A stretch of 64,000 nt of DNA, from NCBI GenBank assembly GCA_963702105.1, contig OY969712.1, positions 4,232,388 to 4,296,387 on the forward strand. The letters are read 5' to 3'. Each line of letters opens with the position of its first letter. Position 1 is the first letter of the stretch. A model generated the notes under the pieces. It was given only the letters and a program-made list of their open reading frames with translations, did not search any database and was not told where the DNA came from. Shown piece by piece: positions 1 through 7,834 of the stretch. The stretch is from an uncultured Gammaproteobacteria bacterium. Lineage in GTDB: Bacteria; Pseudomonadota; Gammaproteobacteria; Steroidobacterales; Rariloculaceae. The position numbers and the translations under genes were made by a program.

Positions 1-890
1 TCCATGTCGCTGTAGGCGAGCGTCTGGCTCAGGGGGCCCCTGCCGAGGTCGGCAGAGAGGCGGTAAGTCGTCTGCCGCGAGGTGCCGACGCAGTCGAAGG
101 TGGTCGGATAGCCGCAACCGTCGAACTGGCTGCGCGCGTCCACGCTGCGGGCGACGAGCTGCAGGCGCGCGCCGGGCGCGACGTTCCAGCCGAGCTTCGC
201 GTGCAGCGTCCGGTTGCGGTAGCCGTCGCGGTCCTGCAGCACGGTGTCCGCCGTCTCGCTGTTGAAGCCGCCGGAGGCGATCTCCGTGGCCGAGAGAAAG
301 TAGTCGCCGGTCCCGCCGCCGCCCGCGACATCGGCTTCGACTCTGCGAGTGCCGTAGGTGCCGGTCTCGACGCCGAGCCGCCCCGTCGGGGGACCCTCCC
401 CGCGCCGCGTCATGATATTGACGACGCCGCCTGCGTCCGCGCCGTAGATGAACCCCTGCGGCCCTCTGAGAATCTCGACGCGCTCGAGATCGCCCGTCGC
501 GAGCAGGTGGTCGAAGCTCGGGCCGGCCTGAGGCGTCGTCGGGTCGGCGATCTTCACGCCGTCCACGAGCACGAGCGTTCGGTAACCCTCCTCGCCCCGG
601 ATCCGCAGCGTCGTGTTCTTGCCGAGCCCCCCCGAATCGGTGACGGCGACGCCGGGCTCGGTCCGCAGTACGTCGGCCAGGGAGGCGTAGCCGCGCAGCC
701 GGATCTCGTCTCCGGGGACGACGGAGACGTCCGTGCCGACCTCCCGGATCGGCGTCGGCAAGCGGCCCGAGGTCACGACGATCTCGTCGAGCGGCGTGCC
801 CGCGCGGGCGCCGGCGGCCCCGAGCGCACAGAGCATGCAGGCGGCACCGGCCGCAACGCGGAAGGCGGTGGGCGAACCCGAAAAGCGCAT
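1..890 (-). CDS. TonB-dependent outer-membrane receptor, N-terminal part (gene continues past the left edge)
   Basis: Absent from the ORF track because it is open at the window edge. My minus-strand translation from the ATG (complement of 888-890) reads MRFSGSPTAFRVAAGAACMLCALGAAGARAGTPLDEIVVTSGRLPTPIREVGTDVSVV...NTTLRIRGEEGYRTLVLVDGVKIADPT...LERVEILRGPQGFIYGADAGGVVNIMT. This gives a signal peptide, a TonB-box-like DEIVVTS and typical plug-domain motifs. Confidence 0.8.
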   Translation of the reverse strand, partial: MRFSGSPTAFRVAAGAACMLCALGAAGARAGTPLDEIVVTSGRLPTPIREVGTDVSVVPGDEIRLRGYASLADVLRTEPGVAVTDSGGLGKNTTLRIRGEEGYRTLVLVDGVKIADPTTPQAGPSFDHLLATGDLERVEILRGPQGFIYGADAGGVVNIMTRRGEGPPTGRLGVETGTYGTRRVEADVAGGGGTGDYFLSATEIASGGFNSETADTVLQDRDGYRNRTLHAKLGWNVAPGARLQLVARSVDARSQFDGCGYPTTFDCVGTSRQTTYRLSADLGRGPLSQTLAYSDM

Positions 891-1079
891 GAGGTCCCTC
901 TTCCTGGCGACGCGCGGGATGCTGAACGCCGCGCCGGATGCTAAGGGCTCGGGCCGCGCGGCGCCACTCCGCGCCGGCGTCCGTACCGCTCAGGACGGTC
1001 GCGCGGCGGCCAGCCTCTTCCCGCGGGCGCGCGTTCCGGAGATACTCTGATGAAAAGAACGTCGGGGGAGGACGGTCTC

Positions 1080-1895
1080 ATGCGCGCGAACACGCGTCGA
1101 TTCATCGTCGTAACCGTCCCGGCGGCGCTCGGGCTCGCGTCGCTTGCCCGGCCGGCGCTCGCCGAGTCGCCGCACCCGAGCTTCGAAGGCGTCTGGAGCG
1201 GCGTCTTCACGACGCAGGACAACGACTACTGGCAGGTCGAGGACTTCAGTTGCTTCGCGGGCTGCACGGCGAAGTCCTATGCGTACATGAAGAGCCTGCT
1301 AGACGATCCGGCCAACGACTCGAAATCGGTCGAGCAGCTGCAGGGCAAAGCCTACGCCTCGATGCGTACCGAGCTCGCGCAGAAATCGACCCCGGCGGGG
1401 GTCGCGCTGCAGTCGAAGAGCCAACCGGACAACGATCCGACGCTGCACTGTCAGCCCTACTCGCTCGTGCGCGAGGCCGTCGATCCGCTGCCGATCATGA
1501 TCAGCGCGGAGGGCCGCAACCTCGTGATCCGTTACGAGGAGTGGAACGAGCAGCGCACGATTCACATGGATGGCGCCCCGCCGCCCGCGGGCCTCGAGCC
1601 GACGCCTCTCGGCTACTCCGTCGGCCGCTACGACGGCGACGCGCTCGTGATCGACACCACGGCGCTCACGCCGGACATCTACTTCAGCTTTCTCTCCGGC
1701 GGCGGTTACAGCGGCAGCGCGACGGTCCACGAACGGTACACGATACACGACGCGCCGAAGCGTCTCGTGCTCGAGATCACGGTCGAGGACCCGGTCACGC
1801 TCAAGGAACCCTTCGTCCTGCAGAAGACCTGGCTTTCGACGCCCAACGTCAGGCTCGTCGAGGACCGCTGCAAGGACGTGCCCGGAGTGCCCTGA
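1080..1895 (+). CDS. secreted hypothetical protein (no family recognised)
   Basis: Track ORF 1050..1895. I prefer the ATG at 1080, preceded by GGGGGAGGA. N-terminus MRANTRRFIVVTVPAALGLASLARPALA looks like a signal peptide. Non-biased composition. Its stop overlaps the next start (TGATG). Confidence 0.6.
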   Translation: MRANTRRFIVVTVPAALGLASLARPALAESPHPSFEGVWSGVFTTQDNDYWQVEDFSCFAGCTAKSYAYMKSLLDDPANDSKSVEQLQGKAYASMRTELAQKSTPAGVALQSKSQPDNDPTLHCQPYSLVREAVDPLPIMISAEGRNLVIRYEEWNEQRTIHMDGAPPPAGLEPTPLGYSVGRYDGDALVIDTTALTPDIYFSFLSGGGYSGSATVHERYTIHDAPKRLVLEITVEDPVTLKEPFVLQKTWLSTPNVRLVEDRCKDVPGVP

Positions 1896-2362
1896 TGCCG
1901 CAACGAACGAGGATTCGAACCATGAGATCAACAGCCTTCGGCTTCGTGCTCGCGGCCGGCGCCCTGCTCGGCGTCCCCGCAGCGCACGCTCACCATTCCG
2001 CCGCCGTCCTGTATCAGCTCGACAAGCAGGTCACCATCGAGGGCGTCGTCACGCGCTTCACCCTCGGCAATCCGCATGCGCGGCTCTATCTGGACGTCAA
2101 AGGCGCCGACGGCCAGCACGAGGCCTGGATGGCCGAAGGCGGCTCGCGCACGGTGCTGATCAGCAAGGGCTGGACGGAAGACGAGGTCCACGCCGGCGAC
2201 GTCGTCAAGGTCATCGGCAACCCTTCGCGCGACGGCTCGAAGATCATCCACTGGCAGACGCTCGTGCTGCCCGACGGCCGCAAGCTCTGGGGCGAGGACC
2301 TGAACCCGAAGAAGCTCGAGGCGCTGCGCGAGAAGCGCAACCGCGAGCGCGAGACGAAGTAG
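1895..2362 (+). CDS. small secreted protein, DUF6152-like (His-His-Ser right after the signal peptide)
   Basis: Only the C-terminal 156 codons of track ORF 938..2362 are credible. Sequence is ...MRSTAFGFVLAAGALLGVPAAHA|HHSAAVLYQLDKQVTIEGVVTRFTLGNPHARLYL. The alternative start is 1922. Family assignment is from memory of the AHHS...NPH pattern. Confidence 0.6.
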   Translation: MPQRTRIRTMRSTAFGFVLAAGALLGVPAAHAHHSAAVLYQLDKQVTIEGVVTRFTLGNPHARLYLDVKGADGQHEAWMAEGGSRTVLISKGWTEDEVHAGDVVKVIGNPSRDGSKIIHWQTLVLPDGRKLWGEDLNPKKLEALREKRNRERETK

Positions 2363-2419
2363 CTCCGGCCCGCAAGGTTCACGGACGGGCTCTAACGCCG
2401 GCGGTCGCCGGACTGTGCC

Positions 2420-3649
2420 TCAAGCCGACGCCCGCGCCGGATCCCCCGCCCCGGTGCGCTCCGAGTAGAAGTTCCCCGACGGCACCTTCACGAGCGCCGC
2501 GCTCTCCTCGTGCACGACGTTCATTGGGTCCCCGCCCTGCTGGACGATCTCGATCTGGCGCCGCAGCACGCGGCGCTGCATCGTGATGCCGCGGTCGCTC
2601 GTGCGCAGGTGCTCCTCCGAGTGCAGGGAGATAGGGCCCTGGCCCGCCTGCGCCTCGTAGTCGCCCGGCGTGCGTTGATGCTCCTCCTCGGTCATCTCAC
2701 CCCAGAGTTTCCCGCCGAGCCGGATTCCGTCGAACTGCACGCCCTTTGGCAGGCGCATCGCGAAGGCCTGGCGATAGTGACTGTCGTCCACGGGGACGAC
2801 CCACGAGATCATCGACGACTTGCCGGCTTTGAGGCCGATGTCGGGCACGCTCATGATATTCGGCACTATCCAGGACGAGATGCGGTCCACCTTGCGGCCG
2901 TCGTCGAGCTCGCGCACGGCCGAGTAGCAGACGCCGTAGTCGCTGTGAAAGAACCGGACCTCGGGCAGCAGCGAGAACTCGGCGGCGAACTGCGGGCCCG
3001 TGAGCGTCGAGTGCAGGACGTGGACGTGCCAAGGGTCCATGACGTTGTCGTTCATCTGCAACCAGCTGTAGGGCACCACGTCGAGGCTCGCGTCGCCCGT
3101 CGAGCCGAAACCGCCGACGTCGACCCAGATGCGCTCTTCGGGGCCGAGCGCCTCGAGGTTGTCGTAGCGCGGCAGCACGGGCCGCCGCTCGGGCGGGCCG
3201 AGATAGGCAAAGACGAGGCCGTAGCGCTCCTCGACGGGGTACCACGGCTGGCGCACGCTCTCGAGGTCGCGGCCGCCGTCAGGCTCGCAGGGCTGCTCGA
3301 GACAGCGGCCCTCGGCGTCGAAGAGCCAGCCGTGGTAGCAGCAGCGGATGCCGCGGTCCTCGACCTTGCCGTAGAAGAGAGAGGTACCGCGGTGCATGCA
3401 GCGCGGATATAAGAGCCCGGCGCGGCCCGCCTTGTCGCGAAACAGCACGAGCTCCTCGCCGAGCAGCCTGACGCGTTTCGGCAGATCGCCGACCTCGGAG
3501 GCGACCGCGACGGGATGCCAATATCTGCGCAGCAGCTCTCCCATGGGCGTACCCGGGCCGACGGCCGTCAGATACTCGTCCGGATGCTGGCGGGGGCGCC
3601 CGTAGGCATTTCCGTCCTTCGACGCTTTGCGCCATTCGCTATCGCTCAT
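2420..3649 (-). CDS. Rieske [2Fe-2S] aromatic-ring-hydroxylating oxygenase, alpha subunit-like
   Basis: Rieske motif CMHRGTSL...x...CCYHGW. Start moved to the internal ATG (MSDSEWRK) preceded by GGGGAGAG. Confidence 0.85.
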   Translation of the reverse strand: MSDSEWRKASKDGNAYGRPRQHPDEYLTAVGPGTPMGELLRRYWHPVAVASEVGDLPKRVRLLGEELVLFRDKAGRAGLLYPRCMHRGTSLFYGKVEDRGIRCCYHGWLFDAEGRCLEQPCEPDGGRDLESVRQPWYPVEERYGLVFAYLGPPERRPVLPRYDNLEALGPEERIWVDVGGFGSTGDASLDVVPYSWLQMNDNVMDPWHVHVLHSTLTGPQFAAEFSLLPEVRFFHSDYGVCYSAVRELDDGRKVDRISSWIVPNIMSVPDIGLKAGKSSMISWVVPVDDSHYRQAFAMRLPKGVQFDGIRLGGKLWGEMTEEEHQRTPGDYEAQAGQGPISLHSEEHLRTSDRGITMQRRVLRRQIEIVQQGGDPMNVVHEESAALVKVPSGNFYSERTGAGDPARASA

Positions 3650-3962
3650 CGTCACTCTCCCCTGGTCGTCGTCTTCTGCACGCAAGGCCTCCGCGCCGGG
3701 ACGCGGGGGCGCCGCTCTCGAGTTTAGCCCACTCCGCCGCGGAGACGGAGCCTCGGCCGCGCCGACGAATCTGCACGACAGTCTTTGGAAGGCGCTCCAA
3801 TTCTTTCAGTGCGTGCCTTCGGGCCGCGCGCGAGCCGAGCGCACCCGCGCGCCCGCGCCCCGAAGGCCGTGGCACAGCTATTGCACCCGCCCTGCCGAAG
3901 CGGCCGAGCCAGCAGGCTCACGAATATCTTGAGGGACGAGACACAACGCAGGAGGTGCGGCG

Positions 3963-5234
3963 ATGGCCTTCAACCCGCTCGAAGAGACCGGCATTCCCAT
4001 CGAAGAACAGTTTCGTAACTGGCGCGAGCTCAACGTCGAGCCGTACAAGAAGGATCAGGTGCATCCCTACACGCGCACGCGCGCGATCCTCATGAACGGC
4101 ATCGAAGTCGAGGCCGCCATGTTCTCGCATCAGATGGCGCGCAACACGCTCGACTCCGAGGTCAAGAAGGAGCTCGCGATGATGCGCCGCGTGGAGCAGC
4201 AGCAGCAGAAGGCCGTCAACTGGCTGATCCCGGGGGACGAGACGACGATCGAGGTGACGCTCGGCTACGAGCAGGTCGCCGTCGATCTCACGGCTTGGCT
4301 CGCGCGGCACGAGCCGGACCCCTACCTCAAGCAGGTCTACGACTTTGCGCTGCTCGAGGACTTCGACCACCTGTACCGTTACGCGAACCTCTACCAGCTC
4401 CTCGACGGCAAACGGGCCGAGCGCGTCTGCAGCGATCTGACCGAGATCATGCCGGGGCGGCCTACGATCTTCGAGCATCGTAATCCGCGCGACGAGATCC
4501 GGCGGCCCATGACGGCGCTGGCGGCGGCGCCGCAGTCGATCCTCAACGCGCTGACGATCGTCTCGGGCGAGCAGCAGACGATGAACTTCTATATGAACGT
4601 CGGCAACCGCTATCAGGAGCCCATCGCGCGCGCGACGTATGCCGAGATCGGCGAGATCGAGGAACAGCACGTGAGCCATTACGAGTCGATCCTGGACCCC
4701 GCAGCGAGCTGGTTCGAGAACCTGGTCATGCACCAATGGAACGAGTGCTGGCTGTATTGGTCGTTCATGCAGGACGAGCCCGACGCGCACGCCCGCCAGA
4801 TCTACGAGCTCCATCTGAACATGGAGCTCGAGCATCTGCGCATCGCATGCAAGCTCATGCGCGAGGTCGAGAAGCGCGATCCCGAATCCATCCTGCCGCA
4901 GCCGGCCTTCGAGCGCCCGATGACCTTCGAATCGAACAAGGCCTATCTGCGCGAGATCCTGCGCGCGCAGGAAGACCTCACGGCGAAGAACTCGGACTTC
5001 GTGCCCGTCTCGACGCTCCCCGAGGACGACCGCTACTTCGAGTTCCAGCGCCGCGTCAACGGCGATTGGGTTCCGACCGAGGAGGTCATTCGCGAGAACG
5101 TGCGAAAGAACGGCCAGGAGTACCGGCTCGAGACCGAGGGGCCGCATCCGGTACCCGGCCTGCGCATCGACGCCGACCGCGCGGGCGAGACCACCGAATA
5201 CGCGCGCCGCGTTACGCGGTCCGCCGCAGCCTGA
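3963..5234 (+). CDS. ferritin-like (putative di-iron) superfamily protein, uncharacterised
   Basis: AGGAGG RBS. Repeated E...ExxH-type helices (GEIEEQHVSHYE, NMELEHLRIA, EDFDHLYRY). No closer family recognised. Confidence 0.6.
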   Translation: MAFNPLEETGIPIEEQFRNWRELNVEPYKKDQVHPYTRTRAILMNGIEVEAAMFSHQMARNTLDSEVKKELAMMRRVEQQQQKAVNWLIPGDETTIEVTLGYEQVAVDLTAWLARHEPDPYLKQVYDFALLEDFDHLYRYANLYQLLDGKRAERVCSDLTEIMPGRPTIFEHRNPRDEIRRPMTALAAAPQSILNALTIVSGEQQTMNFYMNVGNRYQEPIARATYAEIGEIEEQHVSHYESILDPAASWFENLVMHQWNECWLYWSFMQDEPDAHARQIYELHLNMELEHLRIACKLMREVEKRDPESILPQPAFERPMTFESNKAYLREILRAQEDLTAKNSDFVPVSTLPEDDRYFEFQRRVNGDWVPTEEVIRENVRKNGQEYRLETEGPHPVPGLRIDADRAGETTEYARRVTRSAAA

Positions 5235-5252
5235 CGGAAGGGGAGGAGCGCC

Positions 5253-6332
5253 ATGCGAATGAGACTACTCGTCGCCGACCGCGACACAGGCGAGCCCGTG
5301 TCATTGGGCGCCGCCCTCGGCGCCGGCAAGAAGGTCGGCCCCGAGGCCACGGCCTTCCTGACCGACGACCACCGCACCGTGCTCGGCTGGTTCGACTGGT
5401 ACGAGCACGCGAACGACCCCGGCACGCGCAGGGAGATCGCAACGCGCGTCTGCGCGGCGCTGCGCGCGCATATGGCCGGCGAGGAAGACTATCTATACCC
5501 GGCCTGCGAGCGGCACATCGGGCGCGCCGGCCTCGTCGACCGGGTGCGCGACGAGCACGCCGAAGCCAAACGGCTCATGGACCAGATCGAGCGCGGCCAG
5601 AGCGCCGACGGCCCGCACCCCGAGCTCGTACGCCGCCTGCGCCGCGAGATCGAAGCCCACGTAGAGGAGGAGGAAACCGATCTGTTCGCGGCCGCCCGGG
5701 CCAGCGGCATGGACCTTTACGCAATCGGCCGCGCCGTCGCCGCGCGGCGCGTCGACTACCTGTTCGAGCGCGCCGGCCGCACGGACGGACGGCTCAAGGA
5801 GATTCCTACCATGGACGCCATTTCCCAGGACGAAGCGCGCCGCTTCTTCGTTACGAACCTCAAGAACATTCATGCCGCGGCCCGAGACGGGCGGGACATG
5901 GCCGCCGCGCAGATCGAGCGACTCGAGCAGTATCCGGACCTGAAGCACAAGCTCGAGTCCCACGTTCACGAGAAAGAAGCACAGCTCGAGCGCATCGAGA
6001 CGATTCTCGACAAATACGACGAGAAGCCGTCCACGCTGAAGGACACGGCGATGTCGCTCTCGGCGGCCGTCGCCGGCTTGGCGACGATGCCGGCCGACGA
6101 CGAGATCCTCAAGAACAGCCTCACGATGCTCGCGCTCGCGACGTACGAGGCGGCCTCGTACGAGACGCTGATCCTGCTCGGCGAGGCGGCCGGCGACGTC
6201 GAATCGCTGCCGGCCCTTCAGCAGTGCGTCAGCGAAGAGCGCGGGCTCAAGACGTTCATCGAGGAACATCTGCGCCCGACGGGCATGCGCTTTCTGCAGC
6301 TGCGGAGCCAGGGCGCTCAGGCCGGTCATTAG
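5253..6332 (+). CDS. fusion protein: N-terminal hemerythrin (HHE cation-binding) domain plus C-terminal DUF892/YciE-like ferritin-like domain
   Basis: N-terminal TDDHRTVLGWF...HMAGEEDYLYP...DEHAEAK...IEAHVEEEETDLF. C-terminal FFVTNLKNIHAAARDG...LESHVHEKEAQLERIETIL...YEAASYETL. GGAGGAG RBS. Confidence 0.7.
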   Translation: MRMRLLVADRDTGEPVSLGAALGAGKKVGPEATAFLTDDHRTVLGWFDWYEHANDPGTRREIATRVCAALRAHMAGEEDYLYPACERHIGRAGLVDRVRDEHAEAKRLMDQIERGQSADGPHPELVRRLRREIEAHVEEEETDLFAAARASGMDLYAIGRAVAARRVDYLFERAGRTDGRLKEIPTMDAISQDEARRFFVTNLKNIHAAARDGRDMAAAQIERLEQYPDLKHKLESHVHEKEAQLERIETILDKYDEKPSTLKDTAMSLSAAVAGLATMPADDEILKNSLTMLALATYEAASYETLILLGEAAGDVESLPALQQCVSEERGLKTFIEEHLRPTGMRFLQLRSQGAQAGH

Positions 6333-6368
6333 CGGCCGTTACCGGCCATGTCCAAAAGGAGATACACC

Positions 6369-6995
6369 ATGAGCACCAAGCTCCATCGCTTACCGCTCGC
6401 AGCCGCCGTCGGCGCGCTGCTCGCCGTACCTGCGTTCGCGCAGCAGACGCAGCAGCAAGGGTCGCAGCAGGCCGAGACCGCGCAGCAATCACAGCGGCAG
6501 AACCCGCAGAGCGAACAGTTTATAAAGACCGCTGTCCAGGACGACATCGCGGAGATCCGCATCGGCCAGCTCGCCGAGAAGAAGGGCACGACGCAGACGC
6601 TCAAGAACCTCGGTCAGACGCTCGCCATGGACCACACGAAGGCGCTGGCGAAGACGCTGACGCTCGCTTCGAACATGAACATCGTGCCGCCGCTCGACTC
6701 TACGCAGCAGGCGCAGCAGGAGATCCACAAGCTGCAGCTCATGTCCGGCAAGACCTTCGACCAGGCGCTCGTGAAGTACGTCACGCAGTCGCATCAGAAG
6801 GCCATCGACAAGTTCAGCGAGGCCGCTCAGACCGCCGCCAACAACAAGGTCCAGCAGCTGGCTCAGAACGAGCTGCCGACGCTGAAGAAGCACCTGAACA
6901 TGGCGCAGCAGGCCCATCAGGACCTGCAGGCCAGCGCGGCGCAGAAGCTCAGCAAGAACCTGCCGCTCGACGCGCAGAATCAGGAGCAGCAATAG
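6369..6995 (+). CDS. DUF4142 domain-containing secreted protein
   Basis: Start taken at the second ATG (AAAGGAGA RBS). Signal peptide MSTKLHRLPLAAAVGALLAVPAFA. Core FIKTAVQDDIAEIRIGQLA...LAMDHTKA...FDQALVKYVTQSHQKAI. Q-rich termini. Confidence 0.75.
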   Translation: MSTKLHRLPLAAAVGALLAVPAFAQQTQQQGSQQAETAQQSQRQNPQSEQFIKTAVQDDIAEIRIGQLAEKKGTTQTLKNLGQTLAMDHTKALAKTLTLASNMNIVPPLDSTQQAQQEIHKLQLMSGKTFDQALVKYVTQSHQKAIDKFSEAAQTAANNKVQQLAQNELPTLKKHLNMAQQAHQDLQASAAQKLSKNLPLDAQNQEQQ

Positions 6996-7058
6996 CAGTA
7001 GCGGTAGCGGTAGGAGCACGGCAGCAGCCAGCAGCAGCGGAGCTGCTGCACGCGACGA

Positions 7059-7085
7059 GGGCGGCGGCCGCAAGGCCGCCCGCCC
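7059..7085. terminator. GC-rich hairpin between convergent genes (possible bidirectional terminator)
   Basis: GGGCGGCGGCC-GCAA-GGCCGCCCGCCC with one bulge. A second perfect 8-bp hairpin GCAGCAGC-GGA-GCTGCTGC lies at 7031-7049. There is no U-tract, so an intrinsic-terminator function is uncertain. Confidence 0.3.
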
Positions 7086-7157
7086 GCGCGCGGCGGCCCG
7101 CCCTCGCGCGGGGCCGTGCCCCCCTCGCGCGGGCAGGAACGTCAGCGCTGACCGCCG

Positions 7158-7721
7158 TCAGTGCCGCGCATACCAGTCGCGGTCGCTCTGGCTGAAGTAG
7201 TCGTCGTCCCGACGGTAACGGCGGGCGTCGCGCTTCGTGATCGGCACCTGCAGAGCGAGGTTGCCGCGCTTCCTGCCGTGCAGCAGGTCGATGCGGTTCC
7301 ACGGTATCGCGAGATCGGTGCCGCCGAAGATCCAGACGCCGCCGATGTGCGTGACGACGGCGACGAGCTGCCCCTGCCGATCCAGCATCAGGTTCTCGAC
7401 CTTGCCGATGGGCTTGCCGTGCGGATCGCCCACCGTGGCCGCGAGCAGGTCCTTGGCCGTGACGCCCTTGTAGAGCTGCTTGTAGCTCCAGTCCTCGAGC
7501 GGCACGACCTGCGCCCGCGCCCCGGCGCTCGCACCTGCGCCGGACGGCCCCCCGGCGGCTCGTTTCGCGAGCCGAGCCGATGCCGCGGAAGCCGAATTGC
7601 CGCGGCCGTGCGCCACCGCCTGCGCCTGCGCCGGGGCCGTGCCGGCCCAGGCGAGAAAGAATACGGCCGCCCCGGCCGCGATGTGCACACCCCGCTCGGG
7701 GGCTCGCCTGGCGTTTCTCAT
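7158..7721 (-). CDS. PRC-barrel domain-containing secreted protein
   Basis: Start moved to the internal ATG at 7721 (GGAGGGAG RBS). Signal-like MRNARRAPERGVHIAAGAAVFFLAWAGTAPAQA. PRC-barrel-like GKPIGKVENLMLDRQGQLVAVVTHIGGVWIFGGTDLAIPW. Confidence 0.7.
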   Translation of the reverse strand: MRNARRAPERGVHIAAGAAVFFLAWAGTAPAQAQAVAHGRGNSASAASARLAKRAAGGPSGAGASAGARAQVVPLEDWSYKQLYKGVTAKDLLAATVGDPHGKPIGKVENLMLDRQGQLVAVVTHIGGVWIFGGTDLAIPWNRIDLLHGRKRGNLALQVPITKRDARRYRRDDDYFSQSDRDWYARH

Positions 7722-7834
7722 GCTCTCCCTCCTTGAGGCTAACCTGCCGTTATTTCTGCAAATACGGTGCCGGCAAGAGCGGAAGGGAGAAGGGCCGCGC
7801 ACAGTACGAAGACCGTGCGCGGCCCGGAGGGCGG

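Noticed and set aside
201-1222. Plus-strand ORFs 201..944 and 733..1050, and the minus-strand ORFs 941..1222 and 990..1175
   Set aside because: They are antisense to, or overlap, the TonB-receptor N-terminus and its upstream region. Their composition is biased and they have no motifs.
1905-1916. GGATTCGAACC, reverse complement of the tRNA T-loop signature GGTTCGAATCC
   Set aside because: The flanking bases do not form a T-stem or acceptor stem. The motif lies inside a coding region (MPQRTRIRTM).
4736-7195. 819-aa plus-strand ORF spanning three genes
   Set aside because: Extremely R/A/P/G-biased. It overlaps the well-supported ferritin-like, hemerythrin-DUF892 and DUF4142 genes in another frame. 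This is a typical high-GC open-frame artefact.
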